The position numbers and the translations under genes are program-made. Below are positions 39,801 to 50,800 of a DNA stretch of 64,000 nt, in pieces. Each line of letters opens with the position of its first letter. The stretch's first letter is position 1. The notes below the pieces were generated by a model. That model searched no databases. It was given only the letters and a program-made list of their open reading frames with translations, and had not been told where the DNA came from. This DNA comes from Tubulanus polymorphus (taxonomy: Eukaryota > Animalia > Nemertea), in NCBI RefSeq assembly GCF_964204645.1, contig NC_134027.1, forward strand, positions 27,242,560 to 27,306,559. Direction: 5' to 3'.

Positions 39801-42800
39801 TTCATGTGGTTTCCATTTATGTAAACATCTGTAAAATATAAGACGCACATTCTCAGTTTTAGTTAATAGCGAGGAATAGACTAAAAATCGTTAGTTTTCA
39901 TATATTTTGATTTGAAGAAAACAACACACACTTGCACGTTGCTGAATAGAAACTAAGCTCACAACTCTTTGACTCAATTCTCTGAGCTATTTTCATAACT
40001 GATTTCAAAGTACCGGTAACAAACCTAGGTTTAAATTCACTGTGACAGTTTATAAATATCGCACTAAATGATGCAGTGTGATATATAAATAAAATGTAGA
40101 TATAATGAAGAGATTGACGAACCTGGGTGGGGTATTCTCATACATATAAACCTGAAATACTTTCACTTCTCCGTCGAGACTCGCCGTAGCGAGAGCAGTG
40201 CCATCTGGTGAGAACGCAGCGTCTGCTATAGCCTAGAAAAACAAAACACTTGTTTTACACGCGAGTCTCAATAGAATCTAAACATCGCAACTAAACGATT
40301 TAAATACCTGTGAATGATCTTTGATCGTTGAATATCCGACCTCTATTTCCGATGGTTGGAAAGTTCCGGTTCCATATTCTTTTAGTATTAACTCGATATT
40401 CCACAATTCAGCCTGTGATAAAAAACAAGATAAGAATACTTGCACAGGGTCCCTAGAGGAGTTTTCAAGGAGAAAATTTCATCTTTTAAGGAGAAAACTT
40501 CATCTTTTGAGGAAGCGTCTGCATCACTTTCAAATCCCAATTACAGTAGACTCCTAAATCAGTAGTGTTTATTTCAGTAAACCGGTAATTAAATGGTTTT
40601 GTAACCAATTTTTTTAATGCCTAATTGGGTAAAAAAATCCCAACTCTACCAATTAAGGCGTAGTTTACTGTACAACTTATGAAGTATCTAATCGGATTTT
40701 GGCCATTTTGCACAAATTAAAGGAGTTACAAGCACTTTTGCATTTTGAAGGAGTTTTTTTTAAAGAATCAGCGAGTCGTAGGGGACCCTGTTCCGACGAT
40801 TGACTATGAAATGTTTCTAACAAACTTACGATATTATCATGAGTAAGTACGAGTAATTTGCCGACATCTTCAGACGGATCAATATCATCGTCTTCGGTTA
40901 TATCATCATCGGGAATATACGGACACCAGATTAACCGGTGATATTCTGTTGTTATTGATTTATCAGCTTGATTTATCTGCACCAATAAATTAGCTCTAAA
41001 ACTTCAGAGTTGAGGAAATGATAAACGAATAATATCAACTTCACACAGGACCCCCACATAGGCACAGGACTCGTACATGGGCATAATCAACTAGGACTCA
41101 TAGATGTCATTCACTCAAGTTATTTATTTCATAACAGCAAAGAGAAGTTTGTTCACTTAGGCACATGACCCTTAAAGAAGGGTGCAACCCTATGGGCACA
41201 GTGAAGTTGGGCTCATATCAATTTTTAAATTCAATCAAGTTATTTTTACATAAATAAGGAATTTTGAATTTGAATTGATAACAGTAATGAGTGATTGTTG
41301 TAACTGTTAGAATAGTCAAGGATACTGTATCGATTCCGAGATTGTTTCCTGAATTTCGTAAACGTATAAATTTCCGACTTCGTCGACAGCTCCGAGTAAA
41401 ACTTGAGGCAGATAAGCGAACGATATATCGATAACTCGTCCGGTAAAACCTTTCAATAGAGCGCGATCCGCTGTCTTACGATTGATCAATCTGACTACAC
41501 CACCAGTTCGTCCTGAAATATCACATCAATCTTATAGAATTTCAGGGTCTGATCTAAGCACTTGCCCAGGACAAGTATATTCTCATGAGGGCAAGTAGGT
41601 TATCATTATCACTTGTCCTCCGGGCTAGTGCAATTTTATGTCTCAAAGCTTTTTGCCAATCGATACAACAGTTGGACTGCTTGCGTAGGGCAAGTAGATT
41701 TTTGAGGGGGCCAAGTAAAATTTCAGATATGCTTGCCCGGGGGCGAGTAGCTCTTATTCCTTAGATCGGACCCTGGAATTTCAAGAGGAGTTAAGAATTT
41801 AGGAGTTTATGAGGAAGAATTTGTGGAGAAAATATGAAGACGTTCGCATCGTGGTAATATAAAGTATTCTAAAGATAATATAAATTCTAAATGACAGACA
41901 TACCGTTTTTTTAACACTTTTCAGGGTGATTAGGGGCTCAAGAAGTTTAATGTAATTTCTCCTATCAGTCTAGAGAGTTTTCAAGGAATCAACGTCAGTA
42001 CTGTTAAATACCTTTAAGCACGTATGCGATGATAACTCCATTTTTATGCGAAGCGACCAGATTTCCCGTGTAATATTTCGACTCCCAGTCGTAGTTAACG
42101 GCAGGACTAATCTTTACCTATAAATACATCATTCAATCAATTCAAATCTCCGGCGACAAACTGACATTTGTGACTCATGGAATACTTTATTTTCAACTTT
42201 TATCAAAAATTTCATTTCAGTTTCTGAATTGCTCATATTAGATTTTCAAGTTTAGGTGCAACGAACTGAGGTCTAAACATTTGATATATAAACGGCCAGG
42301 AAGGTGGAGAGGTAAGGGGTTCGAAGGATTGAGGGATTAGATCCGTTTACCTTATTACTCCCAGCTGATGCTTGCGAAGATCCACTCGCTGTGCTAGATA
42401 TGATTGATACGTCCTGACCGTAAACACTAAAACTATTAGCATTATCGGTACCTTGTAATAAACTACAAATATACGAATCGTTAATTAAAATCAATCAGAA
42501 AAATAAACTGTAAACGATGATAATAATTGAAGGTTGTTTTACATTTGTTGTCGCGTGCAGGAATTTCCGCCGTTGAAATTATGAATGAAATCGGAAAAAT
42601 CGGCCATTTTTTCAGCGCTTGCTCCGTTACTGCCAGTACCGGTACTGTAGCTGCTGCTCAATAAACTACAATTCAAATTAAATAACGTTTTTATTCATGC
42701 GGTAATCGTGATCAGAGGTTGAGATGGTAACTTATGAAAATAAAATAAGTTTCCTTTAGTTAACAATTTATTTTCGACATTTCATCGATATCCAAATAAA

Positions 42801-44284
42801 AATAATCATCTTCAGAAATATAACAAAATTCCCGAACAAAAAGTCAAAATTATGAAGAGACCAACTATTGTCGAAACTTCCAATCTTTAAGCAAATGAAA
42901 CCTTTTCGGATGACTCTACTTTCCGAGAATGCAGGATTTTTGTCGTCGACTCTGGCCATCTGAGTGGCGACTATCGATTGATAAGATCTAACTCATGAAT
43001 TTCCATATGACTAACTGAATATATTTTACTTAAAACTATAAGGTTATGATTATATACGCATGCGCAGAGGAATGAGAGACGTGGGTGATGCCTGGAAATA
43101 GTCGTTTATCTAAAGAGAGTCGAATTACCGTAATGCCTGAATGAAAGTGTACTGATAAGAGCGGTTCAAACTATAAACTAGAGAAAGAATTGTGTCACCG
43201 ACAATTTTTATATCATAGTTATGTTGGAAATAGCGGTTATCATATTACCTTGTATTGATGTTTGTATTTGTATCAGTTGACACGACTCCTGAACCTACAA
43301 AACATCAAATATATTAAGTTTATTAACTGTATTTGAAATGTTGCAACTGCACCACTTAATGTCATCAGCTAGAGTCACAGGGACTTGACACAAAAGGATT
43401 TTGACTCCAGTATCCTAGGTACTAAAATCCTTTTGGCAAGTCCCTGTGACTAGAGTACTTTAATTGCAATATCAGTTACAATCATTGTATATGAAATTTG
43501 AATTGTGGAATTTAACACATGCTAAATACAGGCGCTAGAACTACAAGCTGATGGTGTGCGGGTGAAGAAATAAACTACTTTTTAGCCGACGAGCGTCTAA
43601 CATTATATTGATCTTTCTCTCTCCTGATGCGTATATATGCCAAATTTGGATGTTGCAACGTATTGTACGGATAGGCCTACAGCCTACAGATACAGCCTAC
43701 AGATACAGCCTACAGATACAGCCTATAGATACAGCCAATAGATACAGAAAGTCAAGGAAAACCTTTCAGATAGATTTTTCGATGATAGGATTTTTAGCTT
43801 TACTTTTAGTCTTGCGTAGCCGTCGTACTTTAGCAGGTATTTATTACTTATATAATATGAGTTCAAGTGTTAAAATCGATAGGGAAAAAATAGAAAAGTT
43901 ATATTTCATGTCATCTCGGTTGATCTCGGTAAAAAGGACGACCGACCGGTGCGGTAGGGAACCCGGTGACGGTGTAACGACTACTGGTATTCACACTAAT
44001 CTACCTATATCACTCCATAGTTTCACAGAGTGTAGACCATGTATGGTGCTGGAACATGGTAAAATACATGAACTTTTAATTCATCATCTGAGACTGATGA
44101 GGAGATATGGGATGGGACTGGGAGAGAGAAGAATGCAAAACATGCGGACCCAACAAAAAATACTGAAGCAGTCGTGGTGAACCAAGGTGAAGGAAATAAT
44201 TTCGGAGATCCTACCGGTGTTGGGAGATTTTCCAACTTTCAACAGGTCTTTTAGAAGCAATGTAGCTTCACTTGAAGGATCCAT
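30858..44284 (-). CDS. EDC4: Enhancer of mRNA-decapping protein 4 (Ge-1/Hedls): WD40 N-terminus, Ser-rich linker, coiled coil, C-terminal domain; about 27 exons
   Basis: First coding exon 44215-44284 reads MDPSSEATLLLKDLLKV (cf. EDATQHLRDILKL in human EDC4). Later exons give AGSNKVKISPAVNYDWESKYYTGNLVAS, RALLKGFTGRVIDISFAY, YHRLIWCPYIP, AAFSPDGTALATASLDGEVK, CLHKWKPHEGKPLS, FWKFALTGADNNREIKIW, VHTKALQELQIQFQP, MFQQVNDAFQQGTRE, ALSASDLSLVMFVCE and LQQPVLLSLIQQLSAD. The stop is at 30858. Confidence 0.95.
31425..31762. repeat. Minisatellite of about 32-33 bp (cagacagcagattgtctg...gcaggata) in an EDC4 intron
   Basis: About 10 variant units, each containing a small hairpin (cagaca..tgtctg). Confidence 0.9.
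32750..33056. mobile_element. Palindromic repeat of about 300 bp carrying three hammerhead-like motifs (two on -, one on +); probable Penelope-like pLTR or retrozyme remnant
   Basis: The arms agtagacagaatcccacaat...gcaactgaagctagtgtagtttattc and aataaactacactagcttcagttgc...attgtgggattctctctact are reverse complements. Motifs TATTC-CTGAAGA-TGAC..GTC-[G>A]AAA-CRTY-GAATA occur at 32820-32863(-), 32889-32932(-) and 32941-32986(+). Confidence 0.7.
34149..34550 (-). other. U12-type (minor spliceosome) GT-AG intron in EDC4
   Basis: 5' site GTATCCTTTT and branch site TTTCTTAAC 12 nt before the 3' end. Splicing keeps the frame (SEEQ-K-TKFHELQNERQ). Confidence 0.88.
34269..34435. mobile_element. Second copy of the hammerhead-containing tandem/inverted repeat, inside the U12 intron
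   Basis: Two 68-69-bp units (gagctagtgtagtt...gtcatcttcaggaatactgtatt) are followed by an inverted unit. One copy has a perfect 7-bp stem II, GACTATA-agga-TATAGTC. Confidence 0.7.
34884..34949. mobile_element. Short Harbinger-like MITE (TIR GGNCCAGTTCCACAGTT, CAG TSD); relatives at about 30757-30836, 36167-36277 and 38268-38340
   Basis: cag|ggcccagttccacagtt...aactgtggaactggacc|cag, with the shared internal motif gtgagttagagttaactc. Confidence 0.75.
35661..35989. mobile_element. Mutator-like foldback element (long imperfect TIRs, 9-bp TSD GGAATACAG)
   Basis: ggaatacag|catcc...ggcagggattcgaacctg...ccctgccacactagaccg ... cggtctagtgtggcaggg...caggttcaaatccctgcc...ggatg|ggaatacag. Confidence 0.75.
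36921..37097. repeat. Minisatellite of about 28-29 bp (gccaccattgagccctcactgggatact), about 6 copies
   Basis: Directly visible. Confidence 0.92.
38901..39039. mobile_element. Single copy of the Harbinger-like MITE seen at 24190/25495
   Basis: cag|gggccagttgcacagtc...gattatgcaactgaccc|cag. Confidence 0.8.
39538..39696. mobile_element. Imperfect foldback MITE (TIR tatagytgaaccattt)
   Basis: tatagctgaaccattt...cgctggct and agccagtg...aaatggttcaactata are reverse complements. Confidence 0.55.
40996..41325 (-). other. U12-type (minor spliceosome) GT-AG intron in EDC4 (WD40 region)
   Basis: 5' site GTATCCTTGA and branch-like TTCCTCAAC 13 nt before the 3' end. Splicing keeps the frame (ISESI-Q-ANLLVQINQ). 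Confidence 0.85.
41543..41775. mobile_element. MITE with CAGGGTC(T/C)GATCTAAG TIRs and internal cttgccc/gggcaag repeats (hAT-like ends)
   Basis: cagggtctgatctaag ... cttagatcggaccctg. The flanks share gaattt (6 bp visible, not the 8 bp expected for hAT). Confidence 0.65.
43373..43451. repeat. Hairpin or mini-MITE of about 80 bp
   Basis: agtcacagggacttg..aaaaggatttt / aaaatcctttt..caagtccctgtgact. Confidence 0.7.
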
Positions 44285-45124
44285 CAACAGCTAAATACTT
44301 TCAGAAACTCGAGATATTTTATTCGTGTGAATATCGAATAAAAAAGAGAAAGAGAGTCCGCCGCACAGTCCATAAAAAAACGGAAGCGGCTCACCCGAAA
44401 AACCAAATATCCGGCAAGTCGACGGATAGTTCATATACACCACGGTCATCTATATCATTGCTGTTTGGGTTCGAGTCCTGCCCATATGACACAAAAATGT
44501 GGATCCGTGCGATTTACTTTGAATATGGAGAAACTCCTCCAACGAATTTTAGGACAAAGTTTACGGCCATTGCCCTCATGCTGCGGGATTGAACTAAAAT
44601 TTTCGTCCAGTCTGTTTTCGGGTGTCGGTTTCCATGTGCCCGGCGGTCCCCGAGCACTGGCAGCACGGTGGACTCCGGCGGATTCCGGCTCCCCACTAAG
44701 GCCGGGGGAGGAAAATGTTGGCGAGAAAAACAGGCAAGACTAATGTTCTCACTCAATCGAGAACTTTTGTTTCTAAAGTCCAAGAGTAAATAATCGCCTA
44801 ACGACCACTATAAGTCATCGGCGTGATTCATGGAATCTACTACGTATTTCTCATATATATAGTTCACTGATATAGCGTGATTCAAATACACAGAATTCAA
44901 ATATTTCTCATGTACAAATCTATTCTATTGCCGAGACAGTGAATAAAAACTATTTCAGAAAGTTTCTTTCATGACAATTTCCTGCACAGATTAGATGGGT
45001 GTTATTACGTGCAGATGATTGTAGACTTATCGAACGCGGTGTGAAGTCTTATTTCACTGGGAGCTGATTGCCGCACTGCTGCTGCTGCTGCTGCTGCTGC
45101 CGCTGCTGCTGCTGCTGTTGAAGT

Positions 45125-46234
45125 ATGAATCTTACATCTCAGCTCACATCCACCACCACGACTAAGTCTCCTCAATGTGTAATACCACCAGAACGATGGG
45201 ATCACGTGTTTAGTTTCAACATTTACCGTTACGGATATTCAACAGCTTCAATTCTAGGACTGATTCTAAACTCTGTTTCTATTGTTATATTCAGAAGGAT
45301 CGGTCGTTCCACTTATCAAACTATTATAATTCTTGCCTGGTTTGATTTACTGTTTCTTGTTTCAGTGTTTCTTCTTTATCCACTTCGTATTATTATTGTT
45401 TGTATATGCAGCAGCTCCTATAACCAATATCTTCTTAGAGCCTATGATGATTGGTATTTTGGACACGAAATCATAATATGGGTGCTACCATTATTTTATA
45501 CATTTCAAACTGCCAGAAATTGGACCGTTGTAATTGTAAATTTTGAAAGACTTCTGGTTGTCGCAAGTCCGCTGTATTTCAGACGATTCTGGAACAAAAA
45601 ACAAATCACATCTTTATCGGTTTTCAACGCATTTTTTTCTGCAGTTTGTAACTGGCCATATTATTTTCCACTTTATTTACCCGGAAGGGCCACAAATCAT
45701 TGTGTTCGGGGATTATTCACAATGGGTGCATTTGGAGCCAAAACAACTCGAACTCCGTTCAATTATCACGCTCAGTACGCGTACGACTTTACTTATTTGA
45801 CATATATGTTCATGTGTGTAATTGTACCTTTTAACGTCTTAATAGCATTAAATCTAACTTTGTTTGGAGTCATGATATTTAGAAAACGAAATCAAAAGAA
45901 ACAATTTCACACGGACACAGCGGCGACCAGTGAGAAAACTCAAAATACATCCGCTGAATTGAAAATATTAAGAATGGTTCTCATGATTGTATTGATGTAT
46001 TTTATATTTGAAATACCGGCATCTTTAGATCGTGTGTTAAGTCTCTTCGGTGATAGATACGGATTACTCCATGGTTTATCTGAAGATGGACGAATGGTCA
46101 TGCGTAAAGTAGGAATTTTGCTCAGTGTTTTTGACTCATCCGCAAATTTCTTTGTTTATTGCGTAACGAATGAAACATTTAGAAAAACAGCTAAACAAGT
46201 TTTACTTATCAATTATCTGTGTAATTCACAGTAA
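45125..46234 (+). CDS. Single-exon rhodopsin-class (class A) GPCR, FMRFamide/peptide-receptor-like, 369 aa
   Basis: Seven hydrophobic segments with GLILN (TM1), LAWFDLL (TM2), FERL (DRY equivalent) then VVASP, VIVPF (TM5), FEIP (TM6) and DSSANFFVY (TM7). Confidence 0.92.
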   Translation: MNLTSQLTSTTTTKSPQCVIPPERWDHVFSFNIYRYGYSTASILGLILNSVSIVIFRRIGRSTYQTIIILAWFDLLFLVSVFLLYPLRIIIVCICSSSYNQYLLRAYDDWYFGHEIIIWVLPLFYTFQTARNWTVVIVNFERLLVVASPLYFRRFWNKKQITSLSVFNAFFSAVCNWPYYFPLYLPGRATNHCVRGLFTMGAFGAKTTRTPFNYHAQYAYDFTYLTYMFMCVIVPFNVLIALNLTLFGVMIFRKRNQKKQFHTDTAATSEKTQNTSAELKILRMVLMIVLMYFIFEIPASLDRVLSLFGDRYGLLHGLSEDGRMVMRKVGILLSVFDSSANFFVYCVTNETFRKTAKQVLLINYLCNSQ

Positions 46235-47205
46235 AACTATCATGTCTCGGGACAAAGAAAATAAATCAATGCGTTCTATTTAATTAGCGGAATCTCGCTG
46301 CGACGACCTCAGAACTCATCAATATCCATTCTTACAAACATAATAAATTCCAGCCAAATCCTTCTGACGGTTCGGTTAAATTTCACCACAAACATGCATT
46401 TTCTAATGCATTTTCATTATGACCTTATATTTATTTGATCAATCATTCATCTTCAAGAATCGGATGAATTTTTGTATCGGGTGAACCACACCCACTATTC
46501 TACTATTCTGAAACCACCTTTTTACCATCGAAGATCAACTGTTTTATGGCTTCGCGTAAATTTCTGCGACAGCGTCAGGAGAAAGAAAAGTCCACTGGTC
46601 TGTCTGTAGCCGTACGATGCCCTAAAAACCTGTTCATCATACCTGGCGGCGGATCTGATACGAAACATTTGTTACGGGTGTTGTAATAGTCGGTCTGCCG
46701 AAGGTTCAAAATGGGATATTACGGCATTTTTGTTAATGGTTGGCTACATAAATCCAGCGATAGATCAGATCCCATAGTTTATATTAGATATGTTATAGAT
46801 CCCACAGTTTATTTAACTGTTGTTCTGTGACTCTGGGGTACTCATATTTGGTATACTGGGACCGGTTCCATAGACAGGGCTTAGACTTAAGACGGAACGG
46901 TGCGCAAGCAAGTGTTAAATCATATCGTACGTACAAAGAGAAGGAAATTATATCCTTTAAATTTTTACAGATTCAGCAATATTTCACCCGCTGCTGGTTA
47001 ACGGGAGACATTTCACCCGATGCTGGTTAAACGGGAAACAAGCAATGACTATAATTTACCGAAATAGATGCATGCGCGCGATATCATCGTGTGAGCATCG
47101 TGGAAAAGATACTCCTCTTTACTCGACTGACTGGTCTGATACCACAGTGTCCAGATAAACTAGATAAAACGTGAAGACATTGTAGGTTAAGCTCGGTTTA
47201 TTAGG

Positions 47206-47246
47206 AGTCGAGATTTCGCTATAGAGCAGAGCGGCCTCGTCCGACT
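47206..47246 (-). ncRNA. Degenerate hammerhead-like motif related to the one at 52089
   Basis: The minus strand reads AGTC-GGACGA-GGC...AGC-GAAA-TCTC-GACT followed by aataaa..ttaaccta. The CUGANGA box is damaged. Confidence 0.35.
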
Positions 47247-47569
47247 GTTTTCGAAAATCTTTTTCCATGTTTGTTGGATTTGTCTAGTTAAAAGATATAT
47301 TTTCTTTTTTTTGTAATAAAGAACTACTATTCAAGATAGATTCCAAGGTACGAGTATTTTCCGGGCAAAGAATAGAATGAATATTGGACAAATACAGAAA
47401 GATATGAAATATATGATAAACTAGGAAGTGGTGGAACTATAATAACACGTATGTCAACCCGGTAGAATTAAAAGTTAACCGTTTAAACAAATAGCAGCCT
47501 CACCGAACTACGCGTCACTTATCATCCAACACGGCGGTCATTTTGAAAGAGCATTCTCTAAAAGTCGTC

Positions 47570-47815
47570 CCGCACCATCGTAGAATCTATGGGGCTACCG
47601 GCACGCCCCCTACCTGTAATAGTCCCGCACTACCCGAAGAATCTATCGGGTTACTGGCACGCCCCCTACCTCTAATAGTCCCGCACTACCCGAAGAATCT
47701 ATCGGGTTACTGGCACGCCCCCTACCTCTAATAGTCCCGCACTATCAGTAGAATCTATGGAGCTACCGGCACGCCCCCTACCTCTAATAGTCCCGCACTA
47801 CCCGAAGAATCTATT
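47570..47815. repeat. Tandem repeat of about 55 bp (ggcacgccccctacctctaatagtcccgcactacccgaagaatctat), about 4 copies, overlapping the end of the ANKRD60-like CDS
   Basis: Directly visible. Confidence 0.9.
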
Positions 47816-50800
47816 AAGTTAGTTTTATGTTTACTACTAATTCCCACCGATTTACGGTTTTTTAATTCAGACAGCCATTTTGAATGACTCATTTTTCTAC
47901 CCATTTTATCCTCGTGTTTTTCAAACTCTTGCATTTGTTTTTGTTTCCGGTCTCTGAGACGTTCCCGCCTGCGCAGTAGTTGCTGTGAGCTTATTTCGTC
48001 CATCCAATCCTCGTAAAGTTTACCAGACGTCAGACCTTCCATTCTCTCGATCTTCACTTTATTTTTCAGTTCCCGACCTGAGATTGTTCGCTGTTTTTCG
48101 AGCGCGATATTTCTAGTTAGTCTGTCGCGTAGATACTCTTTATACGCGTTCTGATATTGATTAGGATTCTCATAGTAAGGCTCAACCGGGTCATCACTCG
48201 CGAGAATAAAAACAGCTTCAAATCTTTCACGTCTAGTTTTATATTGACCGGAAGACGCCCAGCCGCCATTTTGTTTTGAACGCCGACTCCTCTTCATTTG
48301 AAGCCACTCATTGAATTGTTGCTCGTCCAGTTTTTCGCCTTGTTTTTCTTGCCCGTGATTGGAGCTTGTGTTTTCTGTGGTAACCGCCAAATCTTTCTGA
48401 GTTAACCACCTTTTAAAAGCCAATTCATTTCTTTCTGCACGTTCTATATCGATCGGTCTATTGTCATTATTAGGATGGATTTTCTTGCATAGTTTAGTAT
48501 TTCTCTCGTATTGGAGATTAGCGGTTACGCTGGCACGCGAGGAGGTTACACTGGCACGTGAACTAGCGATAGACGAAGCTGATTTAGTCCTAGGTTGATG
48601 ATGACGTCGCGTTGATGACGAAGTTTGAATCGATCTGACGCTCGTGATTTGTCTCTCTGATTTCTGATTATATTCTGCTTCGATGATGGTCATTGAAGGG
48701 ATATATTTCGGGTTTGGTGTTTCTTGTTTTTGATTGGTCGGTTCTTGTTGACGGGTACTATTTGCATGGCGGATGTACTCCACTGTTGAGGCGTACTGCT
48801 TTTCAACTGGAACGTTTTGTAAAGATATGAATTCAGCACTATTTTTACACGCGTAGTGATATTTTGAGAAGTGGAATTGAGTTTCATTTTTCTGCGATGG
48901 AGCTGATTTACACCGTGAAGTTTGTACTCTCCTCCGCTCAGAATGAGTTTGTAGTTTGCGAGTTCCAGATCGGGTTAAACCAGTCAGCGCATGCGTAGCG
49001 CTTGCCGTTGATCGATTTGAGCTCACTGATTTAGGACGAAGTGACGTCATGCGGTCCTCCGACTGTCGGGAACCCGTCATATTATCAAAACGGGTACCAG
49101 TCAAAGTCCAGCGATGTAACCGTAGAAAGCGTTGGCAGTTGAACGCTCCCGATTCCTGCGCATTCTGGACTGGGGTCTTGTGGAAGTTACTTTTCGAGTT
49201 ATAGGTGGCGCCTTTAGAAATGAGGTATTTCAACAATGGCAGGTGATTCTGTGCTGCAACAACGTGAATAATAGAATGTCCGTGATTGGTGGCTCCATCT
49301 ATATCACAACCTACAAAATAATACCAGACGTACCTAGTACAACAACAATGGTTTTAGGAATTGTTTTTTTTTCACCACATGGAACTACTGTAAACATACC
49401 TGCTTGAATCAGCAACTCACAACTGCTTCTATGTCCCAGAAAACAGCTTATGAACAAAGCTGTGAAAAGTCTTTTTCTGAATATGACTCGAAGTTGTTCG
49501 TAGTTTCCTGATCTCAATTCGTCCGCAGTAAACAACATCTCACTGTTCTCTTTGTGAATAAAACTAACATCGTTTCCCCAAACCATGAAAAACAGTTTGG
49601 TCCACGGTGGGCGGAGCTTCATTCTCATGATGCAGCTCATTGGTGCTTTCGGATCTAGAGTCAGTTGACTGGTGTCACTCAACTGTTCACGTGGCACGGA
49701 TCGTTCTAATGTGTATATATTTGAAGGAATTCCGGCTAATAGCTCAAGATACCCTTTTATATCGTCTATGGTTATACCTGAATGTACATTGCGTAGACTG
49801 ACTACGTCTCTAGTTGGTAAAACGATAAATATGATAAATCGTGTTTGCTCAATCGGAGAATGCTGCCTTATTGCTGTCAATTCGGCTTCAGTTTTAAGTG
49901 TTGGTGAGTTTTCAGGAGACATGACATCCATTTGACTGGCCCTGGAACCAATCGTTACTGAGATGACTTCATCATCTTCTTTATCATTTACAATGTCGTC
50001 ATCACTTTCTAAGATCTCTGTTATCCCAACATCACCCTTTTCAACTTCGTTTCCTGGCTGTGCAACTTCTAATATCTCGACTTCATCTTCGAGTATTTCA
50101 TCTCCAGTTTCAATTGTGCCTTCTTCAGTTAGTTCAATATCTAGTAGTTCATCTCTAGATTGTTCCACTTCGGGTATTTCTTCTCCGGGCGGTTCCACTT
50201 CGGGTATTTCTTCACCGGGCTGTTCCACTTCGAGTGGGCCATCCCCAGGTTGTTCCACTTCGAGTGGGCCATCTCCAGGTTGTTCAACTTCGGGTATTTC
50301 ATCTACAGGTTGTTCCGCTTCGAGTGGGCCGTCTCCAGGTTGTTCCACTTCGGGTATTTCTTCTCCAGGTTGTTCAGCTTCAAGTATTTCTTCTCCAGGT
50401 TCTTCAACTTCGAGTGGGCCATCTCTTGGTTGTTCAGCTACGAGTATTTCATCTCTTGGTTCTTCAGCTACGAGTAATTCTTTTTCAGGTTGTTCTGCTT
50501 CCAATGTTTCATCTCCAGGTTGTTCAGCTACTAGTATCTCATCTTGAGTCTGTTCAGTGTGCCCATCTTCAGGTATCTCATCACTTTCCTTTGCGCCCTC
50601 AAGTTGATTTTCTGCTTCGTTTTTATTCGGCCCAATGACTTCCTCATTAATTTCCTCCACCTTTGGTAATTCCATGTCTTCGTAGATTTCCGTTTTCTGT
50701 TCGTCATTATTTTCTTCACTATCAAGGATTTCATCAATCTTTCATAGAAATATAAAAATCACATTAAGAATAAAACTGTAAAGATATTTTTTGTATCCAC

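Noticed and set aside
42543-42607. ATG at 42607 as the EDC4 start
   Set aside because: The frame stays open upstream to an acceptor and splices via 43249-43294 to the exon at 44215-44284, which carries the conserved EAT-x-x-L-K-D-x-L-K N-terminal motif.
43608-44180. 190-aa + strand ORF
   Set aside because: It lies antisense in EDC4 intron 1, starts at a non-ATG codon, includes a 14-bp tandem repeat (cagcctacagata) and has no recognisable domain.
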